Assembly (NCBI GenBank): GCA_944381235.1
Contig: CALWKI010000025.1
Coordinates: 1 to 59,013, forward strand
Source of the DNA: an uncultured Clostridia bacterium
GTDB taxonomy: Bacteria; Bacillota; Clostridia; Christensenellales; UBA1242
Direction of reading: 5' to 3'
DNA: 59,013 nt
Part shown: piece after piece, positions 45,325 to 55,580 of the stretch
How positions within the stretch are numbered: the stretch's first letter is position 1
Layout of the letters: each line of letters opens with the position of its first letter
Program-made: the position numbers and the translations under genes
Notes under the pieces: model-generated
Told to the model about the DNA's origin: nothing
Database searches by the model: none
What the model saw: only the letters and a program-made list of their open reading frames with translations

Positions 45325-47940
45325 TTATCCATTCACCTCTTTATTAAGTTCAACAACAAGCTCAAACGCGTCCATAGGACTTAATTTGTTTACGTCAATA
45401 TTTTTTAGTTCATTTATAATATTGTCCTTTCTTTCTTGACTTAAGCCTTCTGTTACACTCTCACTATCTTTTATTTCAAATTTAACAGAATTCTTTTCTA
45501 ATTGACTTAAAATGTTTTTTGCACGCTTAATTATTTCATCATAAATTCCAGACAAACTTGCAACTTCAATACCAAAACTCCTATTTGCACTGCCCCGCTG
45601 TATTTTTCTTAAAAAAATTATTGAATTATTAAATTCTTTTACGGTTATCTTATAATTTTTAACACCTTCAAGTTTTCCTTCAAGAGTTGTTATTTCGTGA
45701 TAATGTGTAGAAAATAACGTTTTACATCTTATTCTTTGTGAAATGTATTCAAGAACTGCCCAAGCAATACTCATACCGTCATAAGTTGCCGTCCCGCGCC
45801 CCACCTCGTCAAGAAGTACCAAACTTTTACTTGTCGCGTTATTTAAAATATTTGCCACCTCAACCATTTCGACCATAAAAGTACTTTGTCCATTATTTAA
45901 ATCGTCACTTGCACCAATACGAGTAAAAATTCTATCAACAATACAGATTTCAGCCTCACTTGCCGGCACAAACGAACCCATATGCGCCATAATTACAATA
46001 AGTGCAATTTGCCTCATATATGTACTTTTACCCGCCATGTTTGGCCCGGTGATTATAAGCGTTCTATCGTCAGACTCATTTAGATAAGCATCATTTGGTA
46101 CAAACATTTCTACTTTAGGACTTGCCTCAACTATTGGATGCCTACCGTCACAAATTTTAATGTATTTTGCCTTATCGCTTAACTTTGGTCTAACATAATT
46201 ATAATCTTGCGCAACTTTTGCAAGTGCACAAACCACGTCAACATACGCTACCTCACTTGCGGTCTCCTGAATAACTAATACAAGACTTTTAAGACGTTCT
46301 TTTATTTCATCATAAATTTTATTTTCAAGTTTGTTTGCAAGTTCCTCGGAATTAAGTAACTTGTTTTCAATTTCCTTAAGTTCTTCTGTTACAAACCTCT
46401 CATGATTTGAAATTGTTTGTCTTCTCTCGTAGTTATAAGGTACAAGATTTTCTTGTGATTTGTTTACTTCTATAAAATAACCAAAAACTCTACTATATCC
46501 TATCCTTAAGTTTTTTATACCCGTCTGCTCTCTTTCTTTTGCTTCCAAATTTGCAAGCCATTGCTTTGCATTTGAGGACATAGTCCTAAGTTCACTAAGT
46601 TCTTTATTAAATTCAAGTTTTATAAATCCGCCACCAGACGTAAGTGCCGGTGGGTCGTCAACGAAAACATCTTGAAGTAAATCGGTAATATTTTTTACAC
46701 TTTCAATTTGGCTAAATAAAGACGAAAATTTGCTACTTTTTAATTCCTTAACCAAATTTGCCAAATCTATAACGGATAGTAAGGAATTTTTTAGTGACAC
46801 ACAATCACGTGGCATTATTGTACCATAAGATACTTTAGAACAAACTCTTGCAATATCGCTAATATTTGATAATACACTTGTAATATCACTAAGTAGCATT
46901 GAATTATAAAAAAGTTCTTCTACACAATCTAGCCTTTCGTTAATATCCTTTGAGTGTTGAAGAGGTTGTAATATCCACTTTTCAAGAAGACGCGCACCCA
47001 TTGACGTTTTTGTCTTATTTAGATGACCTAAAAGTGACCCCTTTTTCTTTTTGTCGCGAATGTTTTCAATGAGCTCCAAATTACGACACGCGTTATAGTC
47101 TAAATGCATAAAGTCTTCATTATTTTCGGTTACTATCTTATTTATGTGATTTAAACTTCTTTTTTGAGTCTCGTTTATATATTTAATAAGAGCCCCTGTT
47201 GAAGAAATAGCAAATTTTAATTTTGCAAAATCATGACCCTGTAGTGACGCAATTTTGAATTGTTTTTTTATTAAATCTTTGGCAGCCTCATAGTCAAAGT
47301 CAAAATCAATTTGTTTTGTAAATCTTGGTAAAAACTCAAGCGCTTTTATGTCTTTATCATAAGACAAATTATATGCCTCTTCATTACAAATAATCTCGGC
47401 AGGTTTTATTCGCGACAGTAAATCGATGAATTGGCTTTTTGTGTTTTTGCTAAATTCGCAAACTCTAAACTCACCAGTCGACACATCACAGAACGCACAA
47501 CCTATGTTACTATTCTCATTCCCGCAAACACTTAATATATAATTACTCGTACTATCACTAAGTATATCACTTTCAATAACCGTACCTGGCGTAATAACTC
47601 GAGTTACATCCCTATCAACAATTTTTCCTTTAATTGGTTCAGACAGTTGGTCACAAATAGCAACTTTGTAACCTTTTTCAATAATTTTTGCAATATAACT
47701 ATCAACCGCATGATAAGGAACGCCACACATAGGTGCCTTATCCTCTTTCCCGCACGCACGCGACGTTAAGGCAATATCAAGAATTTTTGAGGCAGTTATT
47801 GCGTCATCAAAGAAAAGTTCGTAAAAATCTCCTAAACGATAAAAAAGTAAGCAATCTTTATATTGCTCTTTAGTATTCCAGTACCTTTCCATCATAGGTG
47901 AAAATTTTTTTTCTTCTTTTTTACTCATTTGTTTATGCAA
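45325..47940 (-). CDS. mutS: DNA mismatch repair protein MutS
   Basis: 871 aa. N-terminal mismatch-binding motif (TPMMERYW-like, GDFYELF) and Walker A GPNMAGKST. The start is uncertain between TTG at 47940 and ATG at 47928. Confidence 0.95.
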   Translation of the reverse strand: MHKQMSKKEEKKFSPMMERYWNTKEQYKDCLLFYRLGDFYELFFDDAITASKILDIALTSRACGKEDKAPMCGVPYHAVDSYIAKIIEKGYKVAICDQLSEPIKGKIVDRDVTRVITPGTVIESDILSDSTSNYILSVCGNENSNIGCAFCDVSTGEFRVCEFSKNTKSQFIDLLSRIKPAEIICNEEAYNLSYDKDIKALEFLPRFTKQIDFDFDYEAAKDLIKKQFKIASLQGHDFAKLKFAISSTGALIKYINETQKRSLNHINKIVTENNEDFMHLDYNACRNLELIENIRDKKKKGSLLGHLNKTKTSMGARLLEKWILQPLQHSKDINERLDCVEELFYNSMLLSDITSVLSNISDIARVCSKVSYGTIMPRDCVSLKNSLLSVIDLANLVKELKSSKFSSLFSQIESVKNITDLLQDVFVDDPPALTSGGGFIKLEFNKELSELRTMSSNAKQWLANLEAKEREQTGIKNLRIGYSRVFGYFIEVNKSQENLVPYNYERRQTISNHERFVTEELKEIENKLLNSEELANKLENKIYDEIKERLKSLVLVIQETASEVAYVDVVCALAKVAQDYNYVRPKLSDKAKYIKICDGRHPIVEASPKVEMFVPNDAYLNESDDRTLIITGPNMAGKSTYMRQIALIVIMAHMGSFVPASEAEICIVDRIFTRIGASDDLNNGQSTFMVEMVEVANILNNATSKSLVLLDEVGRGTATYDGMSIAWAVLEYISQRIRCKTLFSTHYHEITTLEGKLEGVKNYKITVKEFNNSIIFLRKIQRGSANRSFGIEVASLSGIYDEIIKRAKNILSQLEKNSVKFEIKDSESVTEGLSQERKDNIINELKNIDVNKLSPMDAFELVVELNKEVNG

Positions 47941-49252
47941 TTTCTCCTATTAATTCATTTTTGTTTATTTCTTTTACTTCAACTATCCTTTTGTCCCCTA
48001 AGATATAATCTTTACCTTTAAGTTTCACTGTCTTATTGTTAAAGGTCTTAGCAACAAATCTTCCCTTTTCGTCTTTTTCAATTATGCAATCAAACTTTTG
48101 ACCGATGTAGCGCGCTAGTTCACTCCTTTGAATTTCATGCTGTAGGTCAAATAGCCTGCATATTCTATCTTTCTTTATTTTGTATGGGACTTGGTTATCA
48201 AACGATGCCGCAGGCGTACCGTTTCTTTTTGAATACACAAAGCCAAAAATACTTGAAAATTTGCAATACTTTAGTAAATTGCAAGTTTCCATAAAGTCTT
48301 CTTCTGTCTCTCCTGGGAAGCCTACTATTATGTCAGTTGTAAGTGATAGATTCTCTATCTTATTATACATTTCGTCAACTAATTTTTTATAGTGACCAGA
48401 AGTGTATCTTCTATTCATTTTCCTTAAAATCTCATCACTACCACTTTGAACAGGTAAATGAATTGCACGACTCATTTTTTCGTGACGAGCGATAAAATCA
48501 ATTAGTTCACTTGAAAAATCTTTTGGGTGCGAGGACATAAAACTAATTTTAAAGTCACCCTCAATTTTACAAAGTTTATCAAGCAAATAAACAAAATTTG
48601 TCTTATTGTCCTTAAAATCAAGTCCGTATGAATTGACGTTCTGACCAAGCAAGGTTATTAAACTATACTTATTTTCTTTAGCAAGGCTTTCAACCTCTCG
48701 CACAATGTCTTCAACTTTTCTACTTCTCTCTCGTCCTCTCACATAAGGCACAATACAATATGTGCAGAAGTTATTACATCCATACATTATATTAACAAAG
48801 GCGTGATTTTCGCTAGATCGGTAGATTTTAGAATTTTCAGTTATCCCTTCTTCATGCTCCCAAACTATGCTTTTAAACTTTGAACCATTGTAATTTCTAA
48901 TATAATCTTCAAGCATATCTAAATTATGCGTGCCAATAACAAGGTTAATATATGGGAATCTCTTTTTAAGCAACTGAGGCATACCCTGTTGTTGTGTCAT
49001 ACAACCACAAATAACTATTATGAGGTCTTTATTTTTCCTTTTAAGTGCCTTAAGATCACCAATTTTTGCCATAATCTTAAGTTCAGCCGTTTCCCTTATA
49101 CAGCAAGTGTTAAATACAATTATGTCACTTGTCTCTTTTTCACTAGTTTCAGTATATCCAAGGTCTCTAAGCATTCCCGCAATCTTCTCTGAATCGTGAA
49201 CATTCATTTGACAACCAAAAGTCTCAATAAAATAAAATTTTTGTTTTTCCAT
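47933..49252 (-). CDS. miaB: tRNA-i6A37 methylthiotransferase MiaB (radical SAM)
   Basis: N-terminal UPF0004 domain (FGCQMN), radical SAM CNNFCTYC, a C-terminal TRAM-like domain, and position upstream of mutS. Confidence 0.85.
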   Translation of the reverse strand: MEKQKFYFIETFGCQMNVHDSEKIAGMLRDLGYTETSEKETSDIIVFNTCCIRETAELKIMAKIGDLKALKRKNKDLIIVICGCMTQQQGMPQLLKKRFPYINLVIGTHNLDMLEDYIRNYNGSKFKSIVWEHEEGITENSKIYRSSENHAFVNIMYGCNNFCTYCIVPYVRGRERSRKVEDIVREVESLAKENKYSLITLLGQNVNSYGLDFKDNKTNFVYLLDKLCKIEGDFKISFMSSHPKDFSSELIDFIARHEKMSRAIHLPVQSGSDEILRKMNRRYTSGHYKKLVDEMYNKIENLSLTTDIIVGFPGETEEDFMETCNLLKYCKFSSIFGFVYSKRNGTPAASFDNQVPYKIKKDRICRLFDLQHEIQRSELARYIGQKFDCIIEKDEKGRFVAKTFNNKTVKLKGKDYILGDKRIVEVKEINKNELIGEIA

Positions 49253-49342
49253 AGCGGTAATATTATATAAAAAAGTTTAACAAATTTCAACAAAAATTTA
49301 CCTCTACATAATAAAAAATTTAAATATATAAATAATATATAT

Positions 49343-51577
49343 ATGAAGACTTTCGCCAAAAAATTTTTAAAAGTATGCATTTACATAACTTTAGTTTTTC
49401 TTTTCTTAGCCCTTCTATTTTTTTGTCTATTTGAATTTGGACTACTTGACAGTTTTGCGTTAGTTAAATTTGATCCGAATAAACTTGCATTTTCAAGTTC
49501 CACAGTCTATATGACAGACATTAATAAAAATGAAATTAAACACTCTTCTAGCCTTAAAAAAAATTTGAGTTTTAATGAAATTCCAAAAGACACTATTAAC
49601 GCATTTATTAGCATTGAAGATAAAGATTTTTACAAGCATCACGGCGTAAATTACAAGAGAATTGTTAAAGCAACACTCAAAAATTTAGTAAGCCTTAGTT
49701 TTAAAGAAGGTGCATCAACCATAACTCAACAACTCATTAAAAATACGCATTTAACTGGTGAAAAAACACTTAAAAGAAAATTTAACGAAATATTACTCGC
49801 AAGAACTCTTGAAAAAAATCTTACTAAAGATGAAATAATAACAGCATACCTTAACGCCATTTATTTTGGGAATGGAACATTTGGAATAAATGAAGCCTCC
49901 CAAAGATATTTTTCTAAAAACGTTGAAGATTTAACTCTTAGCGAGTCAGCAACTCTAGCAGGCATCATTAGATCACCTAAAACCTATTCACCAATTATTC
50001 ACCCCGACGCTTCAATTAAAAGACGAAATCTCGTTTTAAAAGAAATGTATAAAGACAAAAAAATTACGAAAGAAGAGTTAGACAATGCCATAAATTCAGA
50101 ATTAAACCTAAATATTAATAAAAATTTTTTAGGGTATAACGACTACTATAACGAAGCAGTAGACGAAGCGTGTGGTATATTAAAAATAAGTGAGAAAGAT
50201 TTAATATTAAAGGGGTATAAAATAAATACATACTTAAATCCAGAAATTCAAGATGTTGCGACTAAAGAAATTAATAATCTAGAAAGTTATACCTCTTGCC
50301 TATGTGACGGGCTAGTAATGACAATAGACAATAAAAGTGGTGGCATAACGTCATTTATTGGTAAAAGCGACTATAATCTATTAAGCACAAAAAAACAACC
50401 AGGCTCAGTTTTAAAGCCAATTATTTCATACGCACCTGCTATTGAAAATAAGATTATAGTCCCCCAAACCCCTATTTTAGACGAAGAAATTACAATTAAC
50501 GGATACACACCACACAACTACAAAAATAAGTATCATGGATACATTAGCGCAAAAACTGCCCTTGCAAATTCTTATAATATTCCTAGCGTCAAAGTGCTTG
50601 ACTATGTAGGGATTGAACGTGCAAAAAATTTTGCCGTAAAACTAGGACTTGAGTTTGATAAAAAGGACGTAGGATATTCTATTGCACTTGGTGGGCTTAC
50701 AAACGGAGTATATATAAAAGACCTTACAAATTGTTATCAGGCATTTGCAAATAACGGTAAATATGTAAAGGCCAGTTTTATTAAATCAATTAAAAATAAA
50801 AATGGTGACATAATTTATCAAAACCAAGAAATCGGTAGACAAGTTATGAAAGACTCCACAGCCTATTTAATTACTGATATGTTAAAAGAAAGCGTAAAAA
50901 ATGGCACTTGTAAAAAATTAAATTTAAAAAAAATAAATATTGCAAGTAAAACCGGAACAGTTGGAAATACCATTACTCACAAAAATACAGACGTCTGGAA
51001 CTTGTCTTATACTCCGACACAAACAATGTGCGTGTACATCGGGGCAAATTCAGAGGAACTTGCAAGTAATATTACAGGTTCTAACGCACCAAGCAACATT
51101 GCACAAACAATATATCTAAATACAAAAAATACGGACAAGGACTTTAAAAAACCAAAAAGTGTTGTCACAAAAAGCATAAATGATATAGAATATTCAAAAT
51201 ATCATAAATTACTTCTAGCAAGCAGTGACACCCCTGATAGATACAAGATAAACTGCTTTTTTCCAATAGACAACACGCCAAAAGAAACATCAACAATGTT
51301 TGATATTGTAGAAGATTTTGAAATACAAGGCAAAAAAGAAAATAATAGAATAGTAATTTCTTTTGTCGCCGAAAAATACTTAAACTATGTAATTTATTGT
51401 CAAAACGAAGACAATACCCGAGTGTTAAGTAAAATAAAAGACAAGCAGGGCTTAGTTACAATCTATGACGATAAACTAAGAACAGGAAATTTTTATACTT
51501 ACTATGCCGTTGCCACCCTTCAAACAAACAAAAATGTCAGTCGTCAAAGCAACTCTATAAAATTCTATTTGGCATAA
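49343..51577 (+). CDS. Class A penicillin-binding protein (bifunctional glycosyltransferase/transpeptidase, PBP1A family)
   Basis: N-terminal TM; GT51 motifs EDKDFYKHHG and GASTITQQL; transpeptidase SxxK (GSVLKP) and KTG (SKTGT). Confidence 0.9.
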   Translation: MKTFAKKFLKVCIYITLVFLFLALLFFCLFEFGLLDSFALVKFDPNKLAFSSSTVYMTDINKNEIKHSSSLKKNLSFNEIPKDTINAFISIEDKDFYKHHGVNYKRIVKATLKNLVSLSFKEGASTITQQLIKNTHLTGEKTLKRKFNEILLARTLEKNLTKDEIITAYLNAIYFGNGTFGINEASQRYFSKNVEDLTLSESATLAGIIRSPKTYSPIIHPDASIKRRNLVLKEMYKDKKITKEELDNAINSELNLNINKNFLGYNDYYNEAVDEACGILKISEKDLILKGYKINTYLNPEIQDVATKEINNLESYTSCLCDGLVMTIDNKSGGITSFIGKSDYNLLSTKKQPGSVLKPIISYAPAIENKIIVPQTPILDEEITINGYTPHNYKNKYHGYISAKTALANSYNIPSVKVLDYVGIERAKNFAVKLGLEFDKKDVGYSIALGGLTNGVYIKDLTNCYQAFANNGKYVKASFIKSIKNKNGDIIYQNQEIGRQVMKDSTAYLITDMLKESVKNGTCKKLNLKKINIASKTGTVGNTITHKNTDVWNLSYTPTQTMCVYIGANSEELASNITGSNAPSNIAQTIYLNTKNTDKDFKKPKSVVTKSINDIEYSKYHKLLLASSDTPDRYKINCFFPIDNTPKETSTMFDIVEDFEIQGKKENNRIVISFVAEKYLNYVIYCQNEDNTRVLSKIKDKQGLVTIYDDKLRTGNFYTYYAVATLQTNKNVSRQSNSIKFYLA

Positions 51578-51615
51578 AATAAAGGTATAAATGGGGGTGT
51601 TTTCCCTGCTTATTA

Positions 51616-51630
51616 AAGTTTGCATAGTAC
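51616..51630 (-). repeat. Sixth, inverted copy of the GTACTATGCAAACTT motif
   Basis: The plus strand reads AAGTTTGCATAGTAC, the exact reverse complement of the motif clustered at 24-346. It lies in the convergent gap between the PBP1A gene and scpB. Confidence 0.85.
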
Positions 51631-51838
51631 TATACAAAAAAGGTCAAAATTTAATGTATCATAACTCTTTTATAAAAAATAATCAAATAAAAAAAGTTTT
51701 GTATAATAGTATTTATTTACACAAAACTTTTAAGTCGTAACTATATATTATTTTAAAGAAAGGCTTTACTTTAAACACAAATTTAGTTAAAAACTATAAC
51801 AAGGAAAATAATCAAAAGCAAGCCACATACTAGTGTTT

Positions 51839-52705
51839 TTACAACAAATCACTATCTTTACTGTAAAAGTCATCTAAATCATCTTCGTCTTCAAAGTTTG
51901 AAAGTGTATCAATAACCTCTTGTTCATCCATATTACCCTCTTCTTTAGTTCCGCTATTGGCACTATCTTCTTTTTCTTCCCCTATAATCTCACCTTCAGA
52001 AATCTCATTTTCTATAAAAGAAGTTTCTCTTTCTTCTATGTTTTCTTCAGTTTTTTGTTCGCGTATATCTTTATCTTCTTCACCTAAGTCTTGAGTTTTT
52101 GCTTTACTATCTGGAAGATCCTCTTCCGGAATAATCTCAGTACTTTTATAAAGAGAGTCGTTTGTAGGTTCATGCAAAATTTTAATCCTATTTAGCAATT
52201 CCTCATAATCTGGCAAATCATCAATATTTTGCAAATCAAATCTTTTTAAAAATTCGTCGGTTGTGCCAAATAGAAGAGGTTTCCCAACTGCATCTTTCCT
52301 TCCAACAACCTCAACAAGTTTAAAATTTATTAATACTTGGAGTGCGTAATCACTATTTACTCCTCTAACCTGCTCAATATCAAGACGAGTAATAGGTTGC
52401 TTATATGCAACAATAGCAAGAGTCTCAAGTGCAGCCTTTGTTAGTTGCTTTTCCCTTATAGGATTAAGAACAGTTGCAATATCTTCAGCGTACTTTGGAT
52501 TAGAGCACATTTGTGCACTATTTTTGTACGTAATAATATTAAAGCCATCATCTTTATGCTTCTCTTTGAGTATTTCAATAACTTTTTCTATTTTTTTTGT
52601 GTCGACCTCTAATTTTTCTGCTATGTCTTTTATTTCAACCCCTTGACCAGACACAAATAAGATACCTTCAACAACATTTAAAAGTTCTTCTTGACTAGCC
52701 TGCAT
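51839..52705 (-). CDS. scpB: Segregation and condensation protein B with a ~100-aa acidic C-terminal tail
   Basis: N-terminal ~185 aa show the typical ScpB winged-helix pair (VEGILFVSG..., LETLAIVAYKQPITR). It overlaps scpA by 11 nt. Total 288 aa. Confidence 0.85.
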   Translation of the reverse strand: MQASQEELLNVVEGILFVSGQGVEIKDIAEKLEVDTKKIEKVIEILKEKHKDDGFNIITYKNSAQMCSNPKYAEDIATVLNPIREKQLTKAALETLAIVAYKQPITRLDIEQVRGVNSDYALQVLINFKLVEVVGRKDAVGKPLLFGTTDEFLKRFDLQNIDDLPDYEELLNRIKILHEPTNDSLYKSTEIIPEEDLPDSKAKTQDLGEEDKDIREQKTEENIEERETSFIENEISEGEIIGEEKEDSANSGTKEEGNMDEQEVIDTLSNFEDEDDLDDFYSKDSDLL

Positions 52706-53483
52706 CTCTTTCTTTCTCCTCTTCTTTTTCCTTTAAGTCAATTTCGATTTCGTCATAAGTTGACTTTTGAATAACCCTAATTTCTTGCATTTTTAAAAGT
52801 TCAAGTACCGCCAAAAACAAATTAATCATTTCGCTTTTAGTAAAATCTTCTTTGTAAAATTCAGAAAAATACATCTTTTTCTTTTCGTGAATAGTTTGCC
52901 TTATAGAAATAATTTTTTCCGCCACCGTAAACCTATCTTTTTCAATTTTCTTTGGAATTATTTCCTGTTCTTGACGTTTTACTCTTGTCATCATTTTTGC
53001 AAATGCATCAAGAAGGCCTGACAAAGTCATTTCACCTAAAACATAGCGGTAATCGTTAACCTTTTCATCCATAGGTTTATAAAACCTATCAACATTTTCA
53101 AGAGGCTTCATTTTTGCAATAACCTCTTGGAACATATCATACTCTTTAATTTGTCTAAGAAGTCTTACCTCTGGATCCTCTTCGTCTTCAACAACCTCTT
53201 CTTCTCGTGGAAGAAGTGACTTTGATTTAATTTCAATAAGTGTTGCTGCAATATCAATAAAGTCACTTGCCTTCTCTAAATCTATCTCGTCAAGCCCCGC
53301 CATATATTCAAGATACTGCTCCGTCATATCTGCAAGTTTTACCTCAGTTATCTCAAGCTTTGTTTCCTTTATCATATGCCATAAGAGTTCTATTGGTCCC
53401 TCAAAGTTATCAAGTTTAAACTCATAACCGGTATCAACAAAATTTAATTGGCTTAAAAGTTCTTTATTGTTTTCTACTTTCAT
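52695..53483 (-). CDS. scpA: Segregation and condensation protein A (kleisin)
   Basis: FEGPIELLWHMIKE matches the conserved ScpA N-terminal motif (FEGPLDLL). Length 262 aa. Confidence 0.9.
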   Translation of the reverse strand: MKVENNKELLSQLNFVDTGYEFKLDNFEGPIELLWHMIKETKLEITEVKLADMTEQYLEYMAGLDEIDLEKASDFIDIAATLIEIKSKSLLPREEEVVEDEEDPEVRLLRQIKEYDMFQEVIAKMKPLENVDRFYKPMDEKVNDYRYVLGEMTLSGLLDAFAKMMTRVKRQEQEIIPKKIEKDRFTVAEKIISIRQTIHEKKKMYFSEFYKEDFTKSEMINLFLAVLELLKMQEIRVIQKSTYDEIEIDLKEKEEEKERDAG

Positions 53484-53506
53484 CTATTCCACCTTCCCTT
53501 TTTACA

Positions 53507-54169
53507 CTAGAAAAATAGTCCCCAAAACCAACTAATAGGATACCCAACATAACTCACAAGATACCCAAAGATGTTTGTATAGGAAAAAATGATAACCACA
53601 AGAATAAGTATAAGCGAACCATATCTTTGCATAAACGTAACAAAAGGATTATCATATCTTAGTTGAGACGCAATAGCGTTGAACCCATCAAGCGGATAAA
53701 TTGGTAATAAATTAAATACAGCAAATACAAGATTTATCTCAAACATAAAAGCACAAAGCCAATATAAAATTTCAAGTATTACACTATTACTTGCAACATT
53801 TAGTAGCATTGATAATGGATAAAAAATGAATGCAATGATAAGGTTTGTCACAATACCTGAAATACTAACAAGAAAAGTATCTCTTTTAATGTGAGAAAAA
53901 TTGTATGTATTAATAGGAACAGGTTTTGCCCACCCAAAGCCAAAGAATAAAAAGCAAATTATACCAAGCACGTCAAAGTGCACCATAGGGTTAAGTGACA
54001 TTCTCCCCTGCAATTTTGCGGTGTTATCCCCGAGCCTATGTGCCACGAAGGCGTGTGCAAACTCATGAATGGTAAGCGCAAAAACAACAGCCAAAGAAAA
54101 TGTAAAAAATATAATTAATTTTTGAACAAAAGGCATTGAATTATAGCTAAATAGTAAATCAAATAACAT
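53507..54169 (-). CDS. Peptidase M50 (site-2 protease family) membrane metalloprotease
   Basis: HEFAHAF (HExxH) in the first TM region and a downstream NLLPIYPLDG motif. Polytopic, 220 aa. Confidence 0.75.
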   Translation of the reverse strand: MLFDLLFSYNSMPFVQKLIIFFTFSLAVVFALTIHEFAHAFVAHRLGDNTAKLQGRMSLNPMVHFDVLGIICFLFFGFGWAKPVPINTYNFSHIKRDTFLVSISGIVTNLIIAFIFYPLSMLLNVASNSVILEILYWLCAFMFEINLVFAVFNLLPIYPLDGFNAIASQLRYDNPFVTFMQRYGSLILILVVIIFSYTNIFGYLVSYVGYPISWFWGLFF

Positions 54170-54282
54170 CTAAACATTTCCCTCTTACTTAGTGTTTCTT
54201 TTAAAAAAATAAAGAAGTCTAATTCGACTCCTTTATTATATTATATTTTTGCTAATTAATCAATTATTTTACCGCTATTTTA

Positions 54283-55467
54283 CTAGGCATTATCTGTTTT
54301 TAATTTCCAATTTTCTGCTATTTTTGTAATATTATCCATTATTGTTGTAGCATTTGCATCTTCATTTGCTAGTATTTCTGAAAAATCTATTACCTCACTA
54401 TTTCTTATTACGTAAATTTTACCCACTTTATCACCTTTTTTTATTGGGGCTTTGATGCTTTCATTTAATTCAATTTTTGTTGTTATGTCATTATCTTCGC
54501 CCTTTTTACTTAAAACAAAAATGTCTTTTTCAGCAATTACACTAATTTCATTTTGTTTTGAATTTTTAACCTGAAGTTTTTCACCTAACTCACTATTTTT
54601 GTTTACCACTTGTCTATTTTCAAAATTATTAAAACCATAATTTAATAAACTTGACGTCTCGCTAAATCTTTTTTTACCATTTTCAGCACCAAGAACAGAA
54701 CCAATAAGCCTCATATCTCCGCGTTTTGCCGTAGCAACTAGACAATATCCCGCCTCGCTTGTTGAACCAGTTTTACCGCCGTCACATCCCTCGTAGTATC
54801 TAATAAGTTTATTAGTGTTTACAAGTTCACTTTCTCTACCCTTTGGGTGAGATAATGTATCCATCCAAATTGTGCTAAATTTGTGATAGTCGTCGTGTGT
54901 TAAAACCTGTTTTAATAACAGCGCCGTGTCTTTTGCACAGGAATATTGGTTACTTGCTGGAAGCCCCGTACAATTAACGTAATTTGTATTTTTAAGCCCT
55001 AATTCTTTTGCTTTTTTATTCATTAAAACAACAAAACTATCTTCACTACCCGAAATTCTTTCAGCAAGAGCAACGCTCGCGTCGTTTGCTGAACTCACAA
55101 TCGTTGACTTAAGCAAGTCACCAACGGTGTACTCTCCACCCTCTTCAATGAACACTTGAGAACCACCCATACTCTGTGCATTTCTTGACACAACTACCTT
55201 TTCATCGATGTCGAGTTCACCGCTTTCAAGTTTTTCACATACAAGTTCAATGGTCATAAGTTTAACAATGCTTGCAACAGGTAGTTGTTTTTCGGCATCT
55301 TTTTCATATAAGACTTGCCCGCTATTATAATCAATTAAATATAAAGATTTTGCCGTAAAAGCACTCTCGCCTGGCATTATTGCATATGTATTTACAAAAA
55401 AATTACTAGACACGCATAGCACACTCAAACAAAAAATAAGTAAAAAAGAAATAACATATTTTTTCAT
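54283..55467 (-). CDS. Serine-type D-alanyl-D-alanine carboxypeptidase (second PBP5-family paralog; dacF-like by its position after the PNP gene)
   Basis: Signal peptide, SxxK (ASIVK), SxN (SAN) and KTG (GKTGST). Confidence 0.85.
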   Translation of the reverse strand: MKKYVISFLLIFCLSVLCVSSNFFVNTYAIMPGESAFTAKSLYLIDYNSGQVLYEKDAEKQLPVASIVKLMTIELVCEKLESGELDIDEKVVVSRNAQSMGGSQVFIEEGGEYTVGDLLKSTIVSSANDASVALAERISGSEDSFVVLMNKKAKELGLKNTNYVNCTGLPASNQYSCAKDTALLLKQVLTHDDYHKFSTIWMDTLSHPKGRESELVNTNKLIRYYEGCDGGKTGSTSEAGYCLVATAKRGDMRLIGSVLGAENGKKRFSETSSLLNYGFNNFENRQVVNKNSELGEKLQVKNSKQNEISVIAEKDIFVLSKKGEDNDITTKIELNESIKAPIKKGDKVGKIYVIRNSEVIDFSEILANEDANATTIMDNITKIAENWKLKTDNA

Positions 55468-55580
55468 ATTCTAACCCCTTTTTACTTATTCTCTGCTTTT
55501 TTGTAAAAATTATTTATAATATTTAAAATTATTTATAAGATCCAATTAAAACGCTAAAAAAAGTTAAAGTTTTGTTTAAT

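Noticed and set aside
51640-51780. Hairpin AGTTTTGT/ACAAAACT (about 51697-51745) between the PBP1A gene and scpB as a small RNA
   Set aside because: It is an AT-only 8-bp stem with a long loop in a convergent gap. It is adequately explained as a weak bidirectional terminator.
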